Virus record (IMG/VR): IMGVR_UViG_3300030095_000903
Location: 1-46,451 of that record
Direction: 5' to 3' (one strand)
DNA length: 46,451 nucleotides
Origin: a virus
Lineage: Duplodnaviria > Caudoviricetes
The notes under the pieces are model-generated. The model was given only the letters and a program-made list of their open reading frames with translations. It did no database searches and had not been told where the DNA came from. The translations under genes were made by a program, and so were the position numbers. This document shows, piece by piece, positions 37,472-46,451 of this stretch (position 1 is the stretch's first letter; each line of letters begins with the position of its first letter).

Positions 37472-37583
37472 ATTAGCATTATTAATAGCAGGTATACTTG
37501 TTTTTATAAATAGCAGACTTTGGTCTAAAGGATATTGGAATGAATATGGTAAATATGGACAATTATTCCGTACCAAAAAGTAA
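37464..37583 (+). CDS. Small membrane protein (39 aa)
   Basis: MIELALLIAGILVFINSRLW... Confidence 0.5.
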   Translation: MIELALLIAGILVFINSRLWSKGYWNEYGKYGQLFRTKK

Positions 37584-38133
37584 AGAGGTTGTATTCGAGA
37601 ACTGGTACATAGTACGTAAGTTCTTATTGCCAGAGGATATAATATTTTATAAACAATCAATGTCAGGTCTAAACTGGGATGAATCCAGCACTGTAGGAGA
37701 TACTGATAATTATAGAAACTCTTGGGTTAAATGGACCCCTAAATATCAAGGAGATAAGTTTAATTGGCTGTATGAAAGAATATGGAATTGGACAAATATA
37801 GCTAATGACGAGTTATGGAACTTTGATTTAATAGGATTTAAAGATTCTCCACAATATACTAAGTATGAAAGCCCCGGAGGTAAGTATGATTGGCATATGG
37901 ATATAATGGGTTCAGGTATAAATCATAGAAAGGTTTCGTTTGTTTGTGAGTTAGGGACTAACTTTCAAGGAGGAAAGTTGCAATTTAAGACTGGAGCAGG
38001 ACATCAAGAAATAGATTTAAACTACGGAGATGCAGTTTTGTTCCCATCTTTTTATTTGCACAGAGTTACACCATTAATAAAAGGAACTAGAGAAAGTTTG
38101 GTACAATGGATATCCGGGAAACCGTACAAGTAG
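37540..38133 (+). CDS. 2OG-Fe(II) oxygenase (prolyl-4-hydroxylase/PKHD-like)
   Basis: YDWHMD (HxD), FQGGKL, LFPSFYLHRVTP, GTRESLV; exact start uncertain. Confidence 0.9.
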   Translation: MNMVNMDNYSVPKSKEVVFENWYIVRKFLLPEDIIFYKQSMSGLNWDESSTVGDTDNYRNSWVKWTPKYQGDKFNWLYERIWNWTNIANDELWNFDLIGFKDSPQYTKYESPGGKYDWHMDIMGSGINHRKVSFVCELGTNFQGGKLQFKTGAGHQEIDLNYGDAVLFPSFYLHRVTPLIKGTRESLVQWISGKPYK

Positions 38134-39623
38134 ACGATTACGAAGCCAAATATGCACAACAACAAGCCCTTAAAAAACTAAGAGCTAATCTTGGATTATT
38201 TGGTAGAACAATGTTCCCTACTGCTATTGCAAAAGCAGTACCACCATTTCACCACGAGATATACAGAAATCTGGCAGATGAGGCGAAGAAGCGTGTACTA
38301 ATTGCCGCTCCTCGGGGAACGGCGAAAAGTACAGTGACCTCCTTAATTCTACCCCTTCATAGAATCGCTTTTAAGCCCTCTGCCAGTGATTTGTTTATAG
38401 TCATTGTATCTGAGTCACAATCTCAGAGTATAAATTTTTTATCTAGGATAAAGTACCATTTAATTAATTCACAAAATTTTAAGGAGATGTTTGGAGATTA
38501 TGGACCGGAAACTGCTAAACGTTGGACGAATAATGATATTGTTCTTGCCAATGGTTCACGTATTATTGCTGTGGGAACTGGACAGCGTGTTCGGGGGTTT
38601 ATCGAGGGTGACACTCGTCCTAACCTCATCATTGTTGATGACTACGAGTCAGAGCTTAACGCCGCTACTTCGGAAGCTAGAGCAAAAAATAGAAAATGGA
38701 TAACAGAAGCTGTTATACCTTCATTGTCAGATGATGGAAGAATAGTTATGATTGGAACTGTTATTTCTGAAGATTGTTTTCTATATTGGGCTAAGGAATC
38801 TCCTGTATGGAAAGTTCTTTGGTATTCTATATATGACGATGATGGAAAGAGTATATGGGAAGAAAGATTCCCCGAAGATAGAATACAATCAATAAAACAA
38901 GAATTTGAATCAGTTGGTAACCTAAACGGGTTTTACCAAGAGTATATGAATGAGGCACAAAGTCCTGACAATGCACCCTTCAAACCGCAATACATTAAAT
39001 TACATCATTTCGTTTTTTCCCATAATGATGGAGAAAGCATCCTTATCGGCAAGTCGGGTGGCAAGAGTATTAAAAAACCAGTTAACGTCTATTGTGGCAT
39101 CGACCCTGCTAGTAGTCTATCTAAGCGTTCTGACTTTTTTGTTATTGCTACTGTTGCACTTGATGCTGATAGTAATATTTATATATTGGATATACTCAGA
39201 GATAAAATCGACCCTGCATACCAACCTGAAGAAATTATTAAGGTATTTAAAAAATATCACCCTAAACGAATGACTATTGAGACTGTGGGCTACCAAGAGG
39301 CACTAAGGACTAACGTAAGAAAGATGATGCTAGAAGAGAACCTGTATATACCGGGACTCGAAAAAGGCATAAAACCAAGACAAAGAAAATCCGAAAGATT
39401 GTTGTCCTTGGTTGCCCCACTCGCAAAAGGTGAGTTTTATTTTAGACCTGAGGACCTACACGCACAACAAGAATTTCTATCTTACCCTAGAGGTAAACAC
39501 GATGATATTCTTGATGCAATATACTATGCACTTGATAAAGCAAAGCCGTCAAGACAGAAAGAATACATTAATCCAGAGGATAGAAAACAAAAGAACAAAG
39601 TTCTTGACTGGATGACTTTATAG
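38106..39623 (+). CDS. terL: Terminase large subunit
   Basis: APRGTAKST, LIIVDD, VMIGT, FYQEYMN, GIDPA, HDDILDA. Confidence 0.95.
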   Translation: MDIRETVQVDDYEAKYAQQQALKKLRANLGLFGRTMFPTAIAKAVPPFHHEIYRNLADEAKKRVLIAAPRGTAKSTVTSLILPLHRIAFKPSASDLFIVIVSESQSQSINFLSRIKYHLINSQNFKEMFGDYGPETAKRWTNNDIVLANGSRIIAVGTGQRVRGFIEGDTRPNLIIVDDYESELNAATSEARAKNRKWITEAVIPSLSDDGRIVMIGTVISEDCFLYWAKESPVWKVLWYSIYDDDGKSIWEERFPEDRIQSIKQEFESVGNLNGFYQEYMNEAQSPDNAPFKPQYIKLHHFVFSHNDGESILIGKSGGKSIKKPVNVYCGIDPASSLSKRSDFFVIATVALDADSNIYILDILRDKIDPAYQPEEIIKVFKKYHPKRMTIETVGYQEALRTNVRKMMLEENLYIPGLEKGIKPRQRKSERLLSLVAPLAKGEFYFRPEDLHAQQEFLSYPRGKHDDILDAIYYALDKAKPSRQKEYINPEDRKQKNKVLDWMTL

Positions 39624-39641
39624 TTTGTAAGTTTTTTAGGG

Positions 39642-41831
39642 ATGGCTTACAAAGAAAAAGATTCAGAGAAATCTAATAATGACCTTGTAGAAGAAACGCA
39701 CGACCTCTTTAAAACTTATTCAAGTAAAAGAGAGCTTTGGGCGAATCAGGCACAAGAAGACGCTGAGTTTAGATTAGGAAGACAATGGTCTTCAGAACAA
39801 CAACGAATTTTACTTGAGAGGGGTCAAGCACCACTTGTAGTAAACCGTATCCATCCAGCAGTCGAAGCCGCTAAGGCACTACTCACTTCAGGCAGACCGC
39901 AATTTAGAGTATCCCCAAGAGAAGATTCAGACAACAAGATAGCACAAGTCTTTAACGGGTTACTAGAATATATGTGGTACATCTCTGACGGGACTCAAGC
40001 ACTCCGCAATGTGATAGATGATTATTATACAATGGGTATGGGAGCTATGTGTGTATACATTGACCCCTTGAAAGACTATGGCAGAGGTGAAGTTTGTATT
40101 CACGATGTTGACCCATTAGATGTTTACATTGACCCTAACTCTAGACACAGAATGGGTGATGATGCAGAAAATATTATTATAAGTAGATTATTTACAAAAG
40201 AACAAGCACAGGGTATGTACCCTATGTATGAAGATGCAATTAAAAATGCTGAATCAGACCAGTATACAGATAGACCAACTACAGATAGAGTAGATGATAA
40301 AGGAATTGTATTCCCAGAAGATAGCACTACACAAACTCACGTTGGGTTTGGAACTAATAATGAATACATAAGAGGCTACGAAAGGTATGAAAAAGTTTGG
40401 GTTAAGCGTTATCACTTAAAGAATAACATTAACAAATCCGAAGAAGTATTTGATGAAGAAGCATATGCAGAGTTTCAACAAAGAATAGCTGTACGTATAA
40501 ATGGTCAAGTTATACTTGATGAAAATAAAGCAAAGATGATTATTGAGCAAATGACTCAACAATTTGAACAACAGCGTCAACAAGCTGAAATGGAAGGCGT
40601 TGATGGACCAGAAATGCCCGAAGTTGAAGAAGTAACATATGCTCAATTAATTCAAGAAGGTTTAATGGAGAGCGTGTCAGTACCAGTACAACGTATTAAA
40701 ATGTGCGTTATAATGGGAAATAAATACTTGTACTCTAGAGTTCTTCCTATCGAACATTATCCCATCGTTCTATTTATGAATATTCACAATAGGACACCCT
40801 ACCCAGTAAGCGATGTTCGTATGGTAAAGGACTTACAAGAATACATAAATAAGACACGCTCTCTTATAATTGCACACGCAACAACAAGTACAAATACAAA
40901 AATTTTAATACCAAGTGGTTCTGTTGATATGCAAGACTTTGAACAAAGATGGGCACAACCCGGAGTAGCTATAGAAGTAGATATGGACCAAGGGGCACCT
41001 CAACCAATACAACCCACTCCTTTACCAAGTACTCTTTATCAAAACGAGCAAGTTGCTAAAACAGACATAGACCATCAACTTGGTTTGTATGAATTAATGC
41101 AAGGAAACGCTGAAGCGGCTCCTCACACTTATAAAGCCACAGTATCACTTGATGAATTTGGACAGAGAAAGATAAAGTCTAAATTGCAAGATATTGAAAT
41201 GGCACTTGCAAGAGTAGCAAAAGTAGCTATGCCTATAATGCAACAATTATATAGAGCTGAAAAAGTAGTTAGGTTGGTCCAACCAAATAACTCTTTAAGT
41301 GAGATAGCAATTAATAAAAAGATTTATGATGATAAATCTGGAGAAGTAAGCGTTATGAACGATATCTCCAGAGGACAATTTGATGTAGTAGTAGTTACAG
41401 GTTCTACTTTACCAACAAATAGATATGCACAACTTGAAATGTATATGGATGCTTTTAAGAATGGAATTATTGATAAAACTGAAGTTCTTAAGAAAACAGA
41501 AGTATTTGACAAGGAGGGTGTATTGGAAAGAACTGATACTGTAGGCAAACTACAACAATCTGTACAGCAGATGGAAGAAAAGATTAAAGAATTAAAAGGT
41601 GACCTGCAAACAAGAGAGCGTGAAAACTATCACTTGAAGCAGAAAGCTGAATTAGAAAAATTCAAAGGCAAACTCGATACAATCTCAACCCAAGGCAAAG
41701 CCTCAGGCAGAATTTTCGAGAGTCGCTTGGATGACGTTCTTGGACAGGCTAAAGCCGGAGTTCGTGAAACGAACAAGGAAGCCAAACAACAATCCATACC
41801 CGATGCCAAGAAATCGGCTGGAGCAAAGTAA
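39642..41831 (+). CDS. Portal protein (P22-like, with C-terminal coiled-coil barrel)
   Basis: Follows TerL; F.LG.QW, PLVVNRIHP, KDLQEYINK, FDVVV..G motifs. Confidence 0.88.
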   Translation: MAYKEKDSEKSNNDLVEETHDLFKTYSSKRELWANQAQEDAEFRLGRQWSSEQQRILLERGQAPLVVNRIHPAVEAAKALLTSGRPQFRVSPREDSDNKIAQVFNGLLEYMWYISDGTQALRNVIDDYYTMGMGAMCVYIDPLKDYGRGEVCIHDVDPLDVYIDPNSRHRMGDDAENIIISRLFTKEQAQGMYPMYEDAIKNAESDQYTDRPTTDRVDDKGIVFPEDSTTQTHVGFGTNNEYIRGYERYEKVWVKRYHLKNNINKSEEVFDEEAYAEFQQRIAVRINGQVILDENKAKMIIEQMTQQFEQQRQQAEMEGVDGPEMPEVEEVTYAQLIQEGLMESVSVPVQRIKMCVIMGNKYLYSRVLPIEHYPIVLFMNIHNRTPYPVSDVRMVKDLQEYINKTRSLIIAHATTSTNTKILIPSGSVDMQDFEQRWAQPGVAIEVDMDQGAPQPIQPTPLPSTLYQNEQVAKTDIDHQLGLYELMQGNAEAAPHTYKATVSLDEFGQRKIKSKLQDIEMALARVAKVAMPIMQQLYRAEKVVRLVQPNNSLSEIAINKKIYDDKSGEVSVMNDISRGQFDVVVVTGSTLPTNRYAQLEMYMDAFKNGIIDKTEVLKKTEVFDKEGVLERTDTVGKLQQSVQQMEEKIKELKGDLQTRERENYHLKQKAELEKFKGKLDTISTQGKASGRIFESRLDDVLGQAKAGVRETNKEAKQQSIPDAKKSAGAK

Positions 41832-41842
41832 AGGAACTGAGT

Positions 41843-42790
41843 ATGATAGAACAAGAAGTTACCCCTGAAGTAAAGGGCACTCCTGAGTCAGAACCAGTAT
41901 TAGATGGTGCGAACCCATTAGAGGGATTTTTTAGAGCTAACGGAGTTGAAGAGGAGCAATCATCGGATGACCCATTCAATACGAATGAAATTAATCCAGA
42001 TGTACCTGCACCTGAGCAACAAGCTGAGGCTCAACAAGAAACCCAAGATAACGATGAAAAACGTTATCAGTATTGGCAAAGTGAGGCTGATAAAGCTCGT
42101 AATGAAAATGCACAGATGGCACAACGTCTACAAGCATTAGAACAACAAGTTCAATCACCTCAGCCTACAGTAGAAGAACAAAAAGTAGAAGACGACAGGT
42201 CTTTTCCACCTCCACCGCAGAAGCCTTCAAAGCCTAGAGGTTTTAATAGAGCTGAAGCACTTGAGGACCCTAATTCTGAATCAGGTAGATATCAAGAAGA
42301 TGTTGAAGAATGGCGTGACGAAATGGACGATTACAATAGATTACATACTGAATATAATCTAGCTTTGGTAGAAGAAGAGAAAGCCAAGATTCAGGAAGAG
42401 AGAGATAACATACTAAGGAATCAAGCTGAGCAACAACAAAGACAGCAACAGATGGGAGAGATTCATTCTCATTTAAAGAACCAATATCAAGCTAGTGACC
42501 AAGAAATAGCACAATTCGTAGAGATTATGGATAAGCCAGAATCGGTTACTATTGATAACTTGTTTAAATTGTATAGATTGCAGAGTGGTAATCAAACTGC
42601 ACCTACACAACAAGCACCTTTAACTGAGACTGCACCGAATGAATCATTCGACCAAATGAAGAGAGCACAGCAAGTACCAACTAGTATGGGTGTAGTTCCT
42701 TCTCAAGGGAATAGTCAAGGGAGTCAGGAAGACAATATGATGGATTCTATGATTGATTCGTACAATAAACAGAACCCTTGGGGTTCATAA
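41843..42790 (+). CDS. Scaffolding protein
   Basis: Acidic, Q/E-rich coiled coil between portal and capsid; YQYWQSEADK. Confidence 0.7.
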   Translation: MIEQEVTPEVKGTPESEPVLDGANPLEGFFRANGVEEEQSSDDPFNTNEINPDVPAPEQQAEAQQETQDNDEKRYQYWQSEADKARNENAQMAQRLQALEQQVQSPQPTVEEQKVEDDRSFPPPPQKPSKPRGFNRAEALEDPNSESGRYQEDVEEWRDEMDDYNRLHTEYNLALVEEEKAKIQEERDNILRNQAEQQQRQQQMGEIHSHLKNQYQASDQEIAQFVEIMDKPESVTIDNLFKLYRLQSGNQTAPTQQAPLTETAPNESFDQMKRAQQVPTSMGVVPSQGNSQGSQEDNMMDSMIDSYNKQNPWGS

Positions 42791-42806
42791 ACAACAGGAG
42801 TAGACT

Positions 42807-44120
42807 ATGGCAAACGTATGGTCTAGAAGTACAGGTGTAGCTCCGGGTGGCGTATCTATTGATGATAACCGCCGGATTTATAACTTTGGCGAAAGAGTCG
42901 CTGAGTTAGCACCTCAACAATCTCCATTTTTTGTTTATCTAAGCAAAGTCGCTAAAGAATCTACTGATGACCCAGTATTCAAGTTCCTTGAGCAACGTCA
43001 TCAGTGGCAACGCCGTGACTTCGTATTAAAAACAGCTATTGGTTCTAGCATTGCCGCAGGTAGTGACAGTGCTGAATTAAAGTTAGTTTGTGGATATGAC
43101 AAATTCGGAGTAGCAACAGCGGCAACTGCCGCACCACAATTCCTTGTAAAAGACCAAGTCGTAAGAGTTGGTGGCAAGGCTTTCAAAGTTAAATCTATTG
43201 AGAATGTAGGTACTGGATTAAACGCAACTTATGCGGCTGGTACAGTTGGTACTTATACATCAGTAAAGTTAACTGCATTAGAAGCATCAGGTGCAATATC
43301 TGCTGACGCAAAAGGTCAGATTATTGGTAGTGCATATGGTGAAGCAACAATCGACCCAGATGGATGGAAAGATGAGTTGTATACTAGAGAAGGATACTGT
43401 CAGATTTTTAAGACAGGTATTCAGTTGTTCTCTGGTACAGCTCTAGCCACTCGTTATAGAGGTCGTCCGGATGAATATCGCAGAGTCTGGTCAGGTAAGT
43501 TAATGGAGCACAAAATGGATATCGAACACGCTATGTTGTTTGGTGTTGGTGCCGCTGACGAATCTGGTTCAGGTCCTGTAAGATACTCACACGGGATTGT
43601 TCCTTACACTTTGGCAAATGGTAAGAATTATGCGTTTTCTTACGCTAATTCAACCTATGATACCTTCATTGATGCAATGGAGAATTTCTTTGCCCCTGAG
43701 ACAGGAAACAGTGGTGACAAGCTAGTACTTGCTTCACGTAAGATACTTGCTTGGTTACAAAAACTAAGTGGAGATGGATTCTTGAAGAACACTGTTACTT
43801 CTAACTCTTATAAGTTAGATGTACAGAATATTCAAGGAGCTTTCGGACATCAGGTAACAAAAGTAAATACCATTTTTGGTAACTTACACTTTGTTGCTGA
43901 GCCGTTATTCAGAAACCACGACGAGAACATTGCGATTGCTATTGATATGGCAAATGTAAAGTATCGTCCATTAGCTGGTAATGGTATCTCAAGAGATACT
44001 CATATTGTCACTAATGTTCAGGATAACAATATGGACGGAAGAAAAGATATTGTAATGACCGAAGCTGGTCTTGAGATATCTCTTCCTGAGACACACGCTC
44101 TAATGACCTTTGGAAGTTAA
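42807..44120 (+). CDS. Major capsid protein (SU10/DUF5309-like HK97 fold)
   Basis: QSPF, YCQIFKT, HKMDIEHAMLFG, TIFGNL, TEAGLE; SD AGGAG; followed by a terminator. Confidence 0.88.
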   Translation: MANVWSRSTGVAPGGVSIDDNRRIYNFGERVAELAPQQSPFFVYLSKVAKESTDDPVFKFLEQRHQWQRRDFVLKTAIGSSIAAGSDSAELKLVCGYDKFGVATAATAAPQFLVKDQVVRVGGKAFKVKSIENVGTGLNATYAAGTVGTYTSVKLTALEASGAISADAKGQIIGSAYGEATIDPDGWKDELYTREGYCQIFKTGIQLFSGTALATRYRGRPDEYRRVWSGKLMEHKMDIEHAMLFGVGAADESGSGPVRYSHGIVPYTLANGKNYAFSYANSTYDTFIDAMENFFAPETGNSGDKLVLASRKILAWLQKLSGDGFLKNTVTSNSYKLDVQNIQGAFGHQVTKVNTIFGNLHFVAEPLFRNHDENIAIAIDMANVKYRPLAGNGISRDTHIVTNVQDNNMDGRKDIVMTEAGLEISLPETHALMTFGS

Positions 44121-44139
44121 GCGTAGGTAAGTTAAAATG

Positions 44140-44157
44140 GGGGGTCTTCGGACCCCC
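44140..44157 (+). terminator. Intrinsic terminator-like hairpin after the capsid gene
   Basis: GGGGGTC-TTCG-GACCCCC (cUUCGg tetraloop), followed by TATT. Confidence 0.8.
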
Positions 44158-44172
44158 TATTAAAAGGATAAT

Positions 44173-45228
44173 ATGTCACTAACCAATAGAATAGCAAATT
44201 ATACAAATAGCACGACAAGTGAGAATGTTACAGAGGCATTAACTAAAGGTATTGATTATACAGTATCTATAGTAGGTCAAGTTAATCCGGGTTTATTACC
44301 TGCTCTTGCTGAAGTAGTTACTGTTACTAACCAAACTTTATCAGTTGGTTATGACTATTATGTTGGAAATAAAGCAATTTTTATTTTAAAAGTTGAAAGA
44401 AGTGATGGTGTATCTACTTATAAACCTTGTCAACCAGTACCAGATTCACAAGCAAGAGATGCTTTTGATACAGCAAGTATTTATTATGCTTTAGCTGATA
44501 ATCCTGTTTATTGGATATCTGAAAATAACAAACTATTTATGGCACCATTATGCGTTACTGGTACTAATAGAGGTTTTAAAATAACAGTAGTTACAGATGC
44601 TAGTGGAAGAACTGTAAATGATAGTAATGAAACTGTAACTAATATGCCAAATAATTTTATAGAATTAGTAGTACTACACGCATCTGAATCTATATTAATA
44701 GAAAGACTTGCAGATTTTAGAGCAAAGCTACCTACAGATTTAGATGCAGACACTACAATATTTGACCAGTTGCCAGATGTAGATTTAACAATTACAGATA
44801 CATTCCCATCGGCTGAATATCAAGATGCTTTAGATAAAGCTAGAAATTTAATAGATGGAACTACAATGGGTGGTGATACAGAACCTGAAAGTGCCCAGTA
44901 TTGGTTAGCAGACGAGGATGAAGATATGGTTGGTTCTACATTAAGTGTAGCTAGTCAAGAACTGTCAAGAGCACAAGCAATATTGGGTGAGTTTAATACT
45001 ACAATAAATGCTAATGTCACAGTAAAAAGTCAAGAATTACAAGAATTTCAAGCTAATCTCCAAAAGAAAATGGGATTATTCGATAAGATAATACAAAAAA
45101 TAACAGTAGATTATCAATGGACTCAGGGACAGTTGCAACTAATTTCTGGAAAAAAACAAGAGTTTATACAAGCTAATATTGGGAACGCAGGAATAAAAGA
45201 TAATCCTGAGGAGAGTAAAGCTATATGA
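44173..45228 (+). CDS. Virion structural protein (adaptor-like)
   Basis: Directly after the capsid gene; PVYW and MPNNFIELVVLHAS resemble head-tail adaptor segments. Confidence 0.55.
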   Translation: MSLTNRIANYTNSTTSENVTEALTKGIDYTVSIVGQVNPGLLPALAEVVTVTNQTLSVGYDYYVGNKAIFILKVERSDGVSTYKPCQPVPDSQARDAFDTASIYYALADNPVYWISENNKLFMAPLCVTGTNRGFKITVVTDASGRTVNDSNETVTNMPNNFIELVVLHASESILIERLADFRAKLPTDLDADTTIFDQLPDVDLTITDTFPSAEYQDALDKARNLIDGTTMGGDTEPESAQYWLADEDEDMVGSTLSVASQELSRAQAILGEFNTTINANVTVKSQELQEFQANLQKKMGLFDKIIQKITVDYQWTQGQLQLISGKKQEFIQANIGNAGIKDNPEESKAI

Positions 45229-45491
45229 AACTAAAAGAAATGATTGAAAGAGTTCAACAACATCACCCAAGTATGGGACAAGTTGAAATAATTAGATACT
45301 TAAACGATGCTGTAAACGATATGGGTTTTAGAGCAGAAGTAGTAGAATCAGTAGATAGATTTAACACGGTAGCGGGGCAAAGAGTATATCCTCTAAAAAA
45401 ACATATTATTAAAGTTAAAGCAGTTGATTATGACGACAAGGCAATTAAAAAATTAATTGGTAGACCTAAAGTCAGAGACTTGGATATATAA
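45225..45491 (+). CDS. Head-tail adaptor-like protein, N-terminal-type half
   Basis: MKLKEMIERV...IIRYLNDA...VAGQRVYPL. Confidence 0.55.
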   Translation: MKLKEMIERVQQHHPSMGQVEIIRYLNDAVNDMGFRAEVVESVDRFNTVAGQRVYPLKKHIIKVKAVDYDDKAIKKLIGRPKVRDLDI

Positions 45492-45982
45492 TGGAAAGAC
45501 AAAATGTTAATATAAGTCAGTACTTATGGTGGACAGAAAGAGATTCTGTCCTTATTGCATATTATGATGCTGGTACAGATAAATTTATATCTACTACAGA
45601 AATTAAAGCTGTAAACTTATTATATATACAACGACCAGATAAATTTTTAGTTCCGGGAGAAACTCCTGAAAGAGACGGGTTTACAACACACGCATCTAAT
45701 GCGGTAGATGGAACTTATCTTGGTGCTGAATTAGAAGGCACTGATGAAACTCCTACAATGAAAGAATCTGATTATTTAAAACAAGAAACAGAATTACCAG
45801 AGCAGTTTCACGAAGCCTTGGTAAATCGTGTAATTGCAAATGGATACGAAAGAAAGGTTGAAACAATACCTTTATCACAACATTATATGGCTAAGTATGA
45901 AGTAGGGGTTAGAAAAGCAAAAGCATATGCTTTTAGAGGAAGAGATGGTTCTAGGTTAGCAATGAAACCAATGGATTTTTAA
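45491..45982 (+). CDS. Head-tail adaptor-like protein, C-terminal-type half
   Basis: LYIQRP...LPEQFHEALVNRVIANGYE...HYMAKY. Confidence 0.55.
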   Translation: MERQNVNISQYLWWTERDSVLIAYYDAGTDKFISTTEIKAVNLLYIQRPDKFLVPGETPERDGFTTHASNAVDGTYLGAELEGTDETPTMKESDYLKQETELPEQFHEALVNRVIANGYERKVETIPLSQHYMAKYEVGVRKAKAYAFRGRDGSRLAMKPMDF

Positions 45983-46195
45983 ATGAGCACAGTAAAATTT
46001 AACGATATAAATATAGCATTTGATACTATAGCATATCCATTTAATAATATATTACTTGGTTTATTTGTAAAAGGGACAAAATCAGTTAGGGTTATTAAAC
46101 CTGTATTTACTGCGTCTACTAAAGTTAGAAAACCAGTAGCACCTGTAGTTACTAGAGTATCTCAACCAGCTACACCAACATACACGAGGATATAA
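45983..46195 (+). CDS. Small hypothetical virion protein
   Basis: Coupled ORF, P/T/V-rich C-terminus. Confidence 0.6.
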   Translation: MSTVKFNDINIAFDTIAYPFNNILLGLFVKGTKSVRVIKPVFTASTKVRKPVAPVVTRVSQPATPTYTRI

Positions 46196-46451
46196 TGGCA
46201 GGAAGTTTATCAAGTCCTAATTTAGTAAAGGATGTATATACTAAGTTAGTATGGTACAATACATCAGATGGAAAGTTTTATAGGGATAATGGTTCTACTG
46301 ATGTAGAAGTATTACCTGACTTAATATCTGGAAATATTTTAAAACATCAAACAAGTAGTACAGTTTCTTCGGGCGACTTGTTTCAAATTTTAAACAACAG
46401 CACAGAAGTGTTCTCTGTAGATTATCAGGGAGCAGTGCATTTAAAACCAAG
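46195..46451 (+). CDS. Tail/fibre-type protein, 3'-partial
   Basis: MAGSLSSPNLVKDVYTKLVWYN... runs off the window end; SD GAGGA upstream. Confidence 0.7.
   Translation, partial: MAGSLSSPNLVKDVYTKLVWYNTSDGKFYRDNGSTDVEVLPDLISGNILKHQTSSTVSSGDLFQILNNSTEVFSVDYQGAVHLKP

Noticed and set aside
1-46451. CRISPR array, integrase, DGR/reverse transcriptase, intein or stop-codon recoding
   Set aside because: No repeat-spacer array or diagnostic motifs seen; standard-code ORFs tile the window densely.

Overview
This window looks like a near-complete, AT-rich dsDNA tailed-phage genome with a podovirus-like layout. The assembly appears to break inside a repetitive tail-fibre region, since there are partial ORFs at both ends. 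The + strand late module runs from about 35.5 kb to the end and continues from 1 to 23.1 kb. It carries a PD-(D/E)xK protein, a 2OG-Fe(II) oxygenase, terminase large subunit, portal, scaffold, major capsid, adaptors, a collagen-like fibre, holin-like proteins, a GH108 endolysin, a metallophosphoesterase, a large tail protein and ejection proteins. It ends with a 3058-aa protein that has a two-barrel RNA polymerase-like GADLDGD motif and an inserted GNAT domain. The - strand early/middle module (35.3 kb down to 23.2 kb) carries small genes and the most striking element, an apparently complete phage-encoded ubiquitin-like conjugation cassette: Ubl, E2-like, JAB/MPN isopeptidase and E1/ThiF. This cassette runs directly into an AAA_24/Sak4-like ATPase, an SSB-like protein, a primase-helicase, RHH, gp157-like, HTH and HNH genes, and a small putative histone-fold protein. 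I saw no DNA polymerase, integrase, tRNA or CRISPR array. All family calls come from reading motifs by eye; no searches were run.
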